In this document: piece by piece, positions 18,670-27,324 of the stretch
Layout: every line of letters begins with the position of its first letter
How positions within the stretch are numbered: the first letter of the stretch is position 1
IMG/VR virus record: IMGVR_UViG_3300019999_000002
Span: 1-55,664 of that record
From: a virus
Lineage: Duplodnaviria; Caudoviricetes
Strand: one strand, 5' to 3'
Length of the DNA stretch: 55,664 nucleotides
Program-made: the position numbers and the translations under genes
The notes under the pieces: model-generated
The model's input: only the letters and a program-made list of their open reading frames with translations
Told to the model about the DNA's origin: nothing
Databases searched by the model: none

Positions 18670-19064
18670 CAGTGTCCAAATCGTTTAACATTGTTCTCTC
18701 TGCCGTGCCATTGAATTTGAAACTCTGCATACGATCGCAGTAACTCCAATGTCTGATCTCGAAGCTCTCGAAGGTGCAACACCCGGCATTTCCATTTGCC
18801 ATGGACCTGCTCCTTTACAAGCTTCGAGTCAGTCCAGATATGCAGTCTAAAGGCAGTCGGCTCTTTGATATGGTGAGAAAGCCATTTGAGAGCGGCTATG
18901 AGCGAAAGATACTCAGCCTGGTTGCAGGTCGAAGGTGGCTCAAAGTCCATCCTCTCAACCCGATGCTTCCAAGATTCGGATTCGATCTCGTAGGAGCCAT
19001 AGCCTTGAAGCTGGTATCCGTTTCCAACCGATCCGCCATCGAACCAGATTTTAATTGTGTCCAT
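18669..19064 (-). CDS. Ribonuclease HI-like protein
   Basis: IWFDGGS.GN, TCNQAEYLSLIAAL, IWTDSKLVKEQVHGKWK, QWHGRENN. The D-E-D catalytic triad is present. Confidence 0.9.
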   Translation of the reverse strand: MDTIKIWFDGGSVGNGYQLQGYGSYEIESESWKHRVERMDFEPPSTCNQAEYLSLIAALKWLSHHIKEPTAFRLHIWTDSKLVKEQVHGKWKCRVLHLRELRDQTLELLRSYAEFQIQWHGRENNVKRFGH

Positions 19065-19548
19065 TGAATTGATCTTCGTTGTTAATCAAGATGACGTTGG
19101 GAGGGAGTGAGCGAGCCAAAGCCCCCGTAAAGGGGCAAGGATTAACGCCGGTCGGTCGGTCGCTTCGCTTTTTCTTAGTCTTTGGCACATCTTTCCCATC
19201 GGAAGCCGCACAGCTTAACGCGCTGTCACTAAGAGCCTGTTGAGCGTGATGCAATAAGAGCCAGCTCAACTTCTTTAAGACGGTCGGGTCATTCTCAGCC
19301 GTCCATGTTTGATATTCCCGTTTCCTGTATCCGCCTTTGCGGAGCTTCCGAAGAAGCCGGGGAACCACGGTAGCCATACCCTCAAAAAAAGAAGGTGCTC
19401 GGTTTGAAAGAGGCTGGAGATCGCTGTAGAAGCCTGCTCCAAACGGAGCACCGAGCACGGAAATTAACTTACCATAGCGATCTCGCAGCGTCCAGCTTTC
19501 AAACTGGCCGACTACACCAACACTTTTACACCCTCGGGCCGCTTTCAT
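19051..19548 (-). CDS. Hypothetical protein
   Basis: Packed ORF with a basic low-complexity C-terminus. Confidence 0.4.
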   Translation of the reverse strand: MKAARGCKSVGVVGQFESWTLRDRYGKLISVLGAPFGAGFYSDLQPLSNRAPSFFEGMATVVPRLLRKLRKGGYRKREYQTWTAENDPTVLKKLSWLLLHHAQQALSDSALSCAASDGKDVPKTKKKRSDRPTGVNPCPFTGALARSLPPNVILINNEDQFNGHN

Positions 19549-19565
19549 GCAAACACTTTCGTAAT

Positions 19566-19868
19566 TTATTTTTTCTGGTAAATCCCTCTGCTAACTCGTG
19601 TAATCTCGCCTTTTTTTACAAACCTGTGAAGTATTGAGGCAACTCGCTGGCGAAAAACCATTTTCCCAAATGCTTCAATCGGGTCCATGACGGTTTGGAC
19701 ATTATCCTTTTGGCGATAGCAAGGGTTACACCGCTTTCCAGAGAACGGGCTTATCGGATTTCCGCAGTCAGCGCATAGCGATGGATAGCCTTTAGAGATG
19801 AGATCATCGCAGGACAAATTGCCCGTTGAAAACAGGTTCCAGAGAAGTATTTCGCGGCCTCTTGTCAT
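19566..19868 (-). CDS. Zinc-finger plus winged-helix-like protein
   Basis: CADCG...RCNPC; LHRFVKKGEITRVSRGIY. Confidence 0.6.
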   Translation of the reverse strand: MTRGREILLWNLFSTGNLSCDDLISKGYPSLCADCGNPISPFSGKRCNPCYRQKDNVQTVMDPIEAFGKMVFRQRVASILHRFVKKGEITRVSRGIYQKK

Positions 19869-20013
19869 TTTGTTTTAAACACCCTCCTAACCGCGCTGCA
19901 AATCGCGCCCCAGGCCGTGCCAGCGAATAGCAGCAACGCCACGAGGCCGAGCATGAACATGCCCGCGCCTTCCAACTCGCCCCGGTTGGCCTCGGATTCG
20001 GGGTCTGAATCGT

Positions 20014-20262
20014 TCATATCGGATGGTGTCCTTCCAGTTTTCCAATGCGCTCTTTCTTCTCTATGAACTCCCGCATCAATTTCAAAATGTCCGCCTGCTG
20101 GCCGTTGGCGACGTAGTTCATGCGCCCCGGAGCATCGTTGAAAGGAAAAGCCATAATGAAGAAGCCCCAGCCCTGCGGCAGTTCCTCGTCCACGAGGCGG
20201 CCAAGCTTCTGCATTTGGTCGCGGGTCCATGCGTCTTTGCCGTCTTCGGGTTTGATGTCCAT
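20014..20262 (-). CDS. Conserved phage hypothetical protein
   Basis: GWGFFIMAFPF...MNYVAN...DILKLMREFI. Confidence 0.65.
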   Translation of the reverse strand: MDIKPEDGKDAWTRDQMQKLGRLVDEELPQGWGFFIMAFPFNDAPGRMNYVANGQQADILKLMREFIEKKERIGKLEGHHPI

Positions 20263-20264
20263 TG

Positions 20265-20558
20265 TCAGCTCCAGAATCGGCCTGCCCGCAGAACAGAGTT
20301 TGTCCGTATCGAGCCGACAACGTGTTCGGTCACGATGCGAACCTCAACTTCCACCTTGCCGGTCAGAAGAATCCGCAGGCGGTCGGTGAAGGATAGAACG
20401 CTCTTGCTCTTGGTTACGATGCAATCCTGGAATGACGGCGGCGCTTCGGGTACGTGGCAGATGACGAATGGAAAGAGTTTGGATCTCAATCGGTCTCGCC
20501 AAGTCCAAGTACAAGGCTGGTCAGGCGCACAGCAGTTATCGGTTTCAGTCGTTTTCAT
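20265..20558 (-). CDS. Hypothetical protein
   Basis: LSFTDRLRILLTGKV motif; packed ORF. Confidence 0.6.
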   Translation of the reverse strand: MKTTETDNCCAPDQPCTWTWRDRLRSKLFPFVICHVPEAPPSFQDCIVTKSKSVLSFTDRLRILLTGKVEVEVRIVTEHVVGSIRTNSVLRAGRFWS

Positions 20559-20727
20559 GGTTTGTAATCCACTGGGTCAACGTCCTCTTTTTGCAATTGG
20601 TCCTCGATTCGAGCGATGGTCCGCTCGTAGCTGTTGGCCAGCCTCACCTGGTCCCGGTTCCGTGCCTTGCCCATCTCGGCTTGTAGCCGGTGCCATTCGG
20701 CGCACAGCGTTTTCTTTTGGGCTTCGG

Positions 20728-21318
20728 TCATAGGCTTTTACTTTCTATCGCGGCGCGGATTGATTGCTCCCATCGCATCCTTGGGGCTACGGCTTGATTG
20801 GTTCTGCCTTTGCGCGGTCGGTTTCCCCATCCAGTCCATCCACGGGCTCGGGGTTTGAAATTTTCAGCATGTTTCCATCCAGCCGCCTTGTAAATTGTTC
20901 CTGAGTGCGCGGATAAATCCTGATAGGAAATCAGCCGATTTACTTCCGAGAATCGTTTGAGAATGTCCCGGCGCATCCATCCAAGCATTCGGCTCGCGGT
21001 GAACTTGGGAGAATCATCACAAATTGCGAACCGACGCAACTCTAGCCACTCCCTTTGCGGCAGAAGCCGCGCAACCGGATTTGACCATGTAGCAACCGCG
21101 TAGATGAGGTTGCCGCACTCGGCCAGATAGCACACTCGGAAGTGGCTGTTTCCGATTTTAGGAAGCCGCGAATGCCATCGGGTGTTCAGCGCCCTGAACA
21201 CGGACTCATTGCACGCTGAGAATCGAAGTTGGAGCGCAGAGGTCGGAGTTGAACCGCCATATTCCGCTTGGAAAAGCGGACACCCTACCCTTGGATCATC
21301 TGCGCAAAATTCATTCAC
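20728..21318 (-). CDS. Mom-like (GNAT-fold) DNA base-modification enzyme
   Basis: WHSRLP, AVATWSNPVAR, LELRRFAI, ASRML, LISYQD...HSGTIYKAAGW match Mom/XF1762-type proteins. The GTG start overlaps the upstream TGA. Confidence 0.85.
   Translation of the reverse strand: MNEFCADDPRVGCPLFQAEYGGSTPTSALQLRFSACNESVFRALNTRWHSRLPKIGNSHFRVCYLAECGNLIYAVATWSNPVARLLPQREWLELRRFAICDDSPKFTASRMLGWMRRDILKRFSEVNRLISYQDLSAHSGTIYKAAGWKHAENFKPRARGWTGWGNRPRKGRTNQAVAPRMRWEQSIRAAIESKSL
21230..21305 (-). tRNA. tRNA-Gly(UCC)-like element embedded in-frame in the mom-like CDS (non-canonical)
   Basis: GCGCAGA/TCTGCGC + T + CCA; D-arm ATCC-AAGGGTA-GGGT; TCCGC-TTTTCCAA-GCGGA; T-arm GGCGG-TTCAACT-CCG(A)CC. Confidence 0.85.
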
Positions 21319-22000
21319 CGTTCGCCCTTCTTCCTTCTGGCCTTGGTTCTCACCGACGCGCGACCGGCGAGAAAGGCTTGTTTGAGTCGGACTTCACTCA
21401 ATGCCCATGACGGGTCTGGAACATCTCTCAGCGCGAGGTAATTCGAGCACACACATCCGACCGGGCTATCAATCCACTTCTCGAACGCTTTGGCGGCACT
21501 CATTTCGGCTCCTTATTTGGAAAGGTTTGCTCAAAACTTTTTCCGGTAGTGATCTTCAATGCGAAGCAGTAAAGAATCGCCATCACCAACCCGCGAGGCA
21601 TCACGCTACCCCGTTTATTCCATGCGTTGACTTCCTCGCGGGCGATCTTCCAAACGTCGTAGCGGGGATTTTTCACGCGCATCCTTTCCCCGAGCCAAGT
21701 GACCAGCGAGCGATGAACCACACCGCAGCGATGCAGATTGCGGCCAGCATCACGCGGAGAAGCAGGAGGATGATGGACCCGAGGATCATCGCTCTGGCCC
21801 CTCGTTGTCATCGCTGTCACACGCACGGCATAGTCCCATGCGAATCTCCGAACCGCGCAGCAGCTTGTCGCAACGCTCGCAACGGGCTTCCTCTGGCCCG
21901 TTCACTTGGTCCAAGGTTACGCCAGGTGGTAAATTGTAACCAGCCGGGGGCGGGAGTCGGGTCGGGTCGCTCATTTTCGTTTGATTGGTTTACTGCGTGA

Positions 22001-22282
22001 TTAACCCGCCGTTGGAGCCAGCAGCACTTCTTTGGACTTTTTCTTTCTCGTGGCTCCGTTTGCTGTGCGAGCCTTTGGCCGGCTGCTGCCTTTGGTCGTC
22101 AGCACGTCAACGATCTTCTCTGAGTTAGAGAGGATTGCGTCGAGGATTGCAGCCACACTGGCAGGCGTGATGCTGGACAGTGGCTCTTGCAGGATGAGCG
22201 CGACTTCCTCTTTCTGCGCCTCGGCGATGCTGCCGAAGATTTTACCGTTGCTGCTCTGGAATGACTGCGTTTTGACTATCAC
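22001..22282 (-). CDS. Hypothetical protein
   Basis: FQSSNGKIFGSIAEA; GAAAGGA upstream. Confidence 0.6.
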   Translation of the reverse strand: MIVKTQSFQSSNGKIFGSIAEAQKEEVALILQEPLSSITPASVAAILDAILSNSEKIVDVLTTKGSSRPKARTANGATRKKKSKEVLLAPTAG

Positions 22283-22321
22283 TGTTTTCCTTTCGTTTGA
22301 GTTGTGGTTTGTGTGAGGGGG

Positions 22322-23050
22322 TTAGACATCAATCGCAGTTGGATAACGACCGGCCCTGACCCCGGCCTTGACGATCGGCGTGGCTATAACCCCTTTTGGC
22401 GTGACGCCCATTTTAAGCAGGTTCTTAATCTCGCCCATCAAAGGTTCAAGCTTCACACAATTGGAATGGCACCGATAGAGCAGGTGAACATCTTGGACGA
22501 CCACATCCCAGTCGTTCGTGATCCTCTGGCCTTCGGCTCGGACCGGCTCGGGCGGTGGCGCAACCGCAGCAGCAATGGCGCTGAAATGTTCCGCAACCTC
22601 ATCGAGCTGTTCGTGGGTTTGGGCCTGGGCCATTGCTGTGGCCCTGTCCCGTTCTATTTGTAGCAATTCCTGATTGCGAGCCTGTTCGGCAGCGCGGACC
22701 TTGGCTTGCTCCAAAGCAGCAAAATCCCCAGTCATCTGCGACACCCTCGTTATCGCGGTCTTGAGATGCTCGATGAATATCTTAGCTGCCTCATCAATTT
22801 TCCGACCGTACTCCAGCACGGGCTCCTTGCAAGCCTTGCGCGATTTCTCGGTTAGGCTGATAGCCGTCTGGAGCGCGGTCTGTGCCTGGACCGCAATTTG
22901 GTTTTCCTCTGGCGTGGTCACTTGTTCGACAGCATCGGCCAGGGCCAATGCGTCGGCCTTCATGGTCTTGGCCTCGGCTGTGAATGTGATGGTTAACTTG
23001 GTGTCGTTGCGCACCATCAAAGTTTTATCCTTCAATTTCTCGATATTCAT
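22322..23050 (-). CDS. Coiled-coil protein, Gp157/Gam-like
   Basis: Long Ala/Glu helices, EKSRKACKEP...IDEAAK, C-terminal PKGV; next to SSB. Confidence 0.55.
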   Translation of the reverse strand: MNIEKLKDKTLMVRNDTKLTITFTAEAKTMKADALALADAVEQVTTPEENQIAVQAQTALQTAISLTEKSRKACKEPVLEYGRKIDEAAKIFIEHLKTAITRVSQMTGDFAALEQAKVRAAEQARNQELLQIERDRATAMAQAQTHEQLDEVAEHFSAIAAAVAPPPEPVRAEGQRITNDWDVVVQDVHLLYRCHSNCVKLEPLMGEIKNLLKMGVTPKGVIATPIVKAGVRAGRYPTAIDV

Positions 23051-23418
23051 GCGTGTTCGGGTTCTAACTGTCCTTTTATGTCATCTATCATCCGGTTCAT
23101 TTGTTCCACGTAGAACAAATCAAACCCCTTGCCGTCCATTTTCTTCGCCTCAGTCTGTTGTTTCCACCACACGAACAGAACCGCTCTGAGACGAACCGAA
23201 GGGGTCTTAGCATCTAAATCACCCTTAACCTCAATCAAAGCCTCAGCCGGGGTGTCAGTAGGCTGAATCAGGAGCCTTACATTGAGGTTGTGAAGCTCAA
23301 TTAAGGCAACCTTCTCGGCTGCGCTGAGTTCCGGGGTTACTCCCCGGAACCCAAGCGAGCCATCTGCCCGACTGGAAAATCCAGTCAGGATTGCGCTGGT
23401 AGTGAGAGCTTTTGGCAC
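23047..23418 (-). CDS. Conserved phage protein (KTPSxRLRAVLF family)
   Basis: Motif KTPSVRLRAVLFVWWKQ...FDLFYVEQM. Confidence 0.65.
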   Translation of the reverse strand: MPKALTTSAILTGFSSRADGSLGFRGVTPELSAAEKVALIELHNLNVRLLIQPTDTPAEALIEVKGDLDAKTPSVRLRAVLFVWWKQQTEAKKMDGKGFDLFYVEQMNRMIDDIKGQLEPEHA

Positions 23419-23421
23419 AGG

Positions 23422-23877
23422 TCAGAATGGAACATCGTCTTCTTCCAGTGGCGCATCAAAAGCCGTGTCCACAACTTGCACCGGCGCTGGCGCTGGCGCA
23501 GGCTTCGGCTGAACTGGCGCAAGGCCACGCGCTGCTTGCGGGCTTGCCGCAGCCCTGCCTCTTGGTGCCCGCACCCTGATACCGCCCACGAGTTTCCCGC
23601 CAAAGCTCACACTCGGATCGTCGTATAGCACAATCTTTGCCCCGGTCCAATTGTCAGTTTCCTCTGACTTCACTATCTGGGCTATTAACTGGCCATTGGT
23701 GGAATTGAGCACCATCGGCTTTTCATATTCCGCGAAGGACAGGCACCAGCGTAATTCTTCCGGTGCGCCTTGCTTGGCCACGTTTTCCTGATGCACTTCC
23801 TTGATCGTTACCAACACACCGGCACCGACATCGGCCCTGGTCAAGAAGTTGGATTGTTTGAGTCCTGATATGTTCAT
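23422..23877 (-). CDS. Single-stranded DNA-binding protein (phage type)
   Basis: SNFLTRAD...KPMVLNSTN...WTGAKI...GIRVR, a Pro/Ala linker and an acidic EEDDVPF tail. Confidence 0.75.
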   Translation of the reverse strand: MNISGLKQSNFLTRADVGAGVLVTIKEVHQENVAKQGAPEELRWCLSFAEYEKPMVLNSTNGQLIAQIVKSEETDNWTGAKIVLYDDPSVSFGGKLVGGIRVRAPRGRAAASPQAARGLAPVQPKPAPAPAPVQVVDTAFDAPLEEDDVPF

Positions 23878-23880
23878 GTT

Positions 23881-24156
23881 TTAGCTTTCTGTTACTGGTT
23901 TTTGGTTGATTTCTTTTCGTTGGTTTTGTTTTGCTGCGGTGGAAGATTGCTCGGACAGCCTGAGTATTTTCTCGGCGAGCCATTGCAATTCACGACCCAG
24001 CTTGTCGTATCGAGCGCGAAGCACGGCGAGACGACCACGGGGATGGTGGTGACGACAGAAACCGTCACAGACTGGTGGGTTCCAGCATCGGATCGGTCTT
24101 TCAGCGGTTGACCATTTAGTGAAGCCTTTGCATTCCGCATGTTTGGAATAGTTCAT
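23881..24156 (-). CDS. Small Cys/His protein
   Basis: CKG...RCWN...GFCRHH. Confidence 0.5.
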   Translation of the reverse strand: MNYSKHAECKGFTKWSTAERPIRCWNPPVCDGFCRHHHPRGRLAVLRARYDKLGRELQWLAEKILRLSEQSSTAAKQNQRKEINQKPVTES

Positions 24157-24158
24157 TT

Positions 24159-24641
24159 TTATTTGACTTCCTCAGCGGCCCGCGCCTCGATGAAAGCCAT
24201 CGCGGCCTCGTTACTTGCGGTGAAATTCGGCAGAGGCGCATCCGGCCTGCTCGCTCGAAGAATCAATTCGGCGGCGAGGCGTGTATCGAATTTCTTTTCC
24301 AACTCTTTACCTCCCGGAGTCAGAAACACCGTCCAGCCGCCTACGCAATGAGTCGTTTCGCAGGTGTGCCATGTTCCCATTTCCAGACCACCACGGAGAA
24401 CGGACTCAAGGATTTTTGTGTAAGGTGTTTTTAATAGAGGGACATCGGCCATGAGGTCAGAAGGCGTCCAGCCTGCGGCCATGAGGTCAGAAGGCGTCCA
24501 GCCTGCGGCTATGAGGGCAGAAAGCGTCCAGCCTGCGGCCTTGAGGGCAGAAAGCGTCCAGCCTGCGGCTATGAGGGCAGAAGGCGTGAGCCAGCGAATG
24601 TCAGTCCCTTGAATTTCCAGAATTTGCTTTGGTGTTGTCAT
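24159..24641 (-). CDS. Protein with 10-aa tandem repeats and a WHxCxTTHC domain
   Basis: Likely start MTTPKQ. (AAGWT(P/L)S(A/D)L(I/K/M)) x~4.7, then MGTWHTCETTHCVGGW. Confidence 0.7.
   Translation of the reverse strand: MTTPKQILEIQGTDIRWLTPSALIAAGWTLSALKAAGWTLSALIAAGWTPSDLMAAGWTPSDLMADVPLLKTPYTKILESVLRGGLEMGTWHTCETTHCVGGWTVFLTPGGKELEKKFDTRLAAELILRASRPDAPLPNFTASNEAAMAFIEARAAEEVK
24446..24587. repeat. 30-bp coding tandem repeat, about 4.7 copies
   Basis: Unit CGGCYWTGAGGKCAGAARGCGTCCAGCCTG. Confidence 0.95.
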
Positions 24642-24745
24642 TTCGCCGAAACCATGACAGAGGAGCAAAACTCTTACAACCCGGGGCGAACCCGCGTTGT
24701 AGCCCCGGTGTTTCCCCGGGACTGTTTCTGTCACGACAGAAATGG

Positions 24746-25429
24746 TCAATCCGGCTTCTGCATCTCAAGATTGCTCCACTTCGACCATCGTAGCACATAA
24801 GGAGGCTGAATCAGGTTCAGCGTCGGCACGGTATGGATCGCCTTCCAGCTTTTGAGATCGGGCGATTGCTGGAAAGCGTAGCTGTCGGGATCGCGTTTGA
24901 TCCGGTAGAACGATGGTGAAGTCGGGTTAGTCACAATCCAGTTGGTTGACCATGCCGTACTCGAGGGGCTGCTAATCCCGAGCGCGAGGTAATTCGTCTG
25001 GGGCACGGGCCAGAATAGCCCTGGCGATGCTTGCAGGCTGTTAAGACCATTCGTCCCTACCTGAGTGACGCAGAACTCGTAGCGCACACCCGGCCAGAGG
25101 TTTGAGACGGTAAGCCAGTTGTTTGTGGTGAAGCGTGCAGGCGGGCCGACGTTCCCATTGGCCCCCATCCAAAGGTTGTAACCGGCTATCCCCGGCGCGG
25201 CATCCCATTGGACGGTGATGTGGAAGCTGCTGGGCAGCCTTGGGGCGGGCGCAGGAGGAGTCGGAAGCACAAACATAGCCCTGGGCGCTAAACGCTTCAC
25301 CGGGGCAGGCTGGGCTACAATGGCCTTACGCGCCAGAGGCTTGCCTGAGATGCTGGCCGCGTGTTTAGGTGAGCGAATAGGCGAGGCGGCGACTGTCAGG
25401 ATGAGGGAGGCGAGGAGGAAGGCTTTCAC
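24746..25429 (-). CDS. Secreted fibronectin type III domain protein
   Basis: Signal peptide (VKAFLLASLILTVAA), Pro-rich linker, VQWDA...GYNL...TVSNL.PG.RYEFCVT, and TNPTSPSFYRI. Confidence 0.7.
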   Translation of the reverse strand: MKAFLLASLILTVAASPIRSPKHAASISGKPLARKAIVAQPAPVKRLAPRAMFVLPTPPAPAPRLPSSFHITVQWDAAPGIAGYNLWMGANGNVGPPARFTTNNWLTVSNLWPGVRYEFCVTQVGTNGLNSLQASPGLFWPVPQTNYLALGISSPSSTAWSTNWIVTNPTSPSFYRIKRDPDSYAFQQSPDLKSWKAIHTVPTLNLIQPPYVLRWSKWSNLEMQKPD

Positions 25430-25562
25430 CGTCAGCCGTTTGGATACTTGCGGTTCTCTCGAATGTGCCGTTGCCTCGCTCGCTCGTTCTGCCAGCAAAT
25501 ATATCGCAGAATCTTGAGCGCTTCCTTGAGGCTCTTTTCAGTGGCGAGCTTGGGTTTGCGCT

Positions 25563-26411
25563 TCATCGCGTCGAAACCATCCATTGACTGCGGGGAGTTC
25601 TGCGGCGGTCGCGACGGGAACCGATTGGAGCACGCGCTTTTCTAGCAGTCGCCGGAGATTTATCTGCCGTCAATTGCTGCCAACCCGCCCCACTTTTGAT
25701 CTGGTAGTAACCGATATAACCCCCAGGCAATAACTGGAACGGCGCAGTCACTTTGTTCTGCTGGTCAAATCGCGTGCCGCTCTTTCGGAACCCCTCAAAC
25801 CAGCTTGGAAAAACGAAGTCACTTACCAGCACTCCGTCAATGAGGTAGCCAAGAGAATCTGCCTCGACCGCATCTCCGACTTCGTACGCCCATAGCTGCC
25901 CGATGTCCTCGCGAAAGCACGTCAGGTTAATGTCGGGATCGGCTAGAATTTCGAGCAGTTCGTGGCTCGCTGTCACGGTCCAACTTGTGCCAGCTTCGAT
26001 GTCAGACTTCGCAAATATCTTTCCAATGGGCAATCCATCGGCGGTGATGTCGTGATAGCCAAGGGCGTCAGCTTGATCGGAATTGTCCAGAATCACAAGC
26101 TGCCAAGCACCAGTGGTTGGCTGAGGGCCTAATCCAGACCCGGCACTGCCATCTCCTTTCGGAACAAAGAAAAGTGTCGCATCAATTCCCCACGCGGCGG
26201 CGAAGTCCCGGCTTACTTGGATTTGCAGCGCTGCGACTGCCTTTCGTGCTTCGTCATCCGTGACGACCGTAGAAGCGTTGATGATAGCGATTGTCGGCCC
26301 GCTGTGCCGGTTCTCCAACTCGACAATTTTCGCGCCCGCCGCCGCCTCAATCCGCACTGTGTCGTCAATTTCGGTTTTGAGATCGGCCAGGGCTGTGTCG
26401 AGCGGGTTCAT
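25563..26411 (-). CDS. Zincin-like metallopeptidase candidate
   Basis: ALGYHD...TASHELLEILADP...EVGDAVE...VSDFVFPSWF. Likely start MNPLD. Confidence 0.6.
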   Translation of the reverse strand: MNPLDTALADLKTEIDDTVRIEAAAGAKIVELENRHSGPTIAIINASTVVTDDEARKAVAALQIQVSRDFAAAWGIDATLFFVPKGDGSAGSGLGPQPTTGAWQLVILDNSDQADALGYHDITADGLPIGKIFAKSDIEAGTSWTVTASHELLEILADPDINLTCFREDIGQLWAYEVGDAVEADSLGYLIDGVLVSDFVFPSWFEGFRKSGTRFDQQNKVTAPFQLLPGGYIGYYQIKSGAGWQQLTADKSPATARKARAPIGSRRDRRRTPRSQWMVSTR

Positions 26412-26746
26412 GGTTTGGTTTCTTCTATGCCGCAACGAGAGCAGCGCCTATTGAATTTCGAGTTTACCCAGATATGTCTGATCTTGCAAAAGTGTTTTAG
26501 CCACGGTGCCTTTTGTGGATGCTGCATTTCTCCAAGTGAGTTTGCAATAAACTCTCTCGCTGCAAAGTTTTTACGGGAACGATATGGTGCGTTCACTCTT
26601 TGTGCCTCGATGGCCCGGGCGAACCGATTTGCATGTTGGGCAGCGTCGGCGCTCAGGTGGTTGCAGTTTTATATGCGTCATTTTTCCTGCCTTGTCGCGC
26701 TTCACGCAGGCGCATGGCCAGTAACCCTCTCTTAGAGCCTTCTCAC

Positions 26747-27151
26747 TCATGGCGCGTTGGTCGAAGCTGGTTTGAGTTTCACAGTGGGGTCGAACAGGCG
26801 GGGGAATCGCGGCGGTGGTGGAGAACCCGTCCAGCCGGTCGTAAGACTCTCCGTAATTTTTGTAGAGGGGGACAAGGACAGGGAATTATCCAAATGGAAA
26901 TCGTCATTTATCGCCGCCGTGCTCACGTTCCCTTGGGCGTTTGTGCAATAAGGAATCAATTCGGTCGTCTCCGAGAGCCATCCAAACCACATTTCAGCCA
27001 TGCTTCCGCCAGCCTGATTCGGAACATGCACCCGGAAACCAACGCCGCGAGAATGATGGATCAGGCCGTAGCCGGTGTTTGGAGCTTTCAATTCATGGAT
27101 GATTCCGGCGCAACCGCAGAGCGGGAGGAGAAGTAACGAGAGCATCTTCAC
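26747..27151 (-). CDS. Predicted lipoprotein
   Basis: KMLSLLLLPLCGC lipobox-like signal. Confidence 0.55.
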   Translation of the reverse strand: MKMLSLLLLPLCGCAGIIHELKAPNTGYGLIHHSRGVGFRVHVPNQAGGSMAEMWFGWLSETTELIPYCTNAQGNVSTAAINDDFHLDNSLSLSPSTKITESLTTGWTGSPPPPRFPRLFDPTVKLKPASTNAP

Positions 27152-27180
27152 ATTCGATTTACTATACCCGTAGAAGTCTG

Positions 27181-27208
27181 TTGACAACATAAATATTCAC
27201 CTCATAAT
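27181..27208 (+). promoter_or_regulatory. sigma70-like promoter for the antisense HNH gene
   Basis: TTGACA-N16-CATAAT. Confidence 0.6.
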
Positions 27209-27324
27209 CGGGACGTGAAGATTGCCGGAAATTCCAAAACTGCTAGTGGCAACGAATGGTTCACTCCATCGGCTATCTTCACAAATGGTGTCACTGGCAG
27301 TTTTGGAGCTTCAAAGGGATCGTC

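Noticed and set aside
21230-21305. Ordinary decoding tRNA-Gly or attP remnant
   Set aside because: 8-nt anticodon loop, bulged T-stem and full-length in-frame embedding, with no integrase in the genome. Kept as a non-canonical element instead.
24446-24587. Possible CRISPR array
   Set aside because: Units are contiguous 30-bp coding repeats with no unique spacers, and there are no cas genes.
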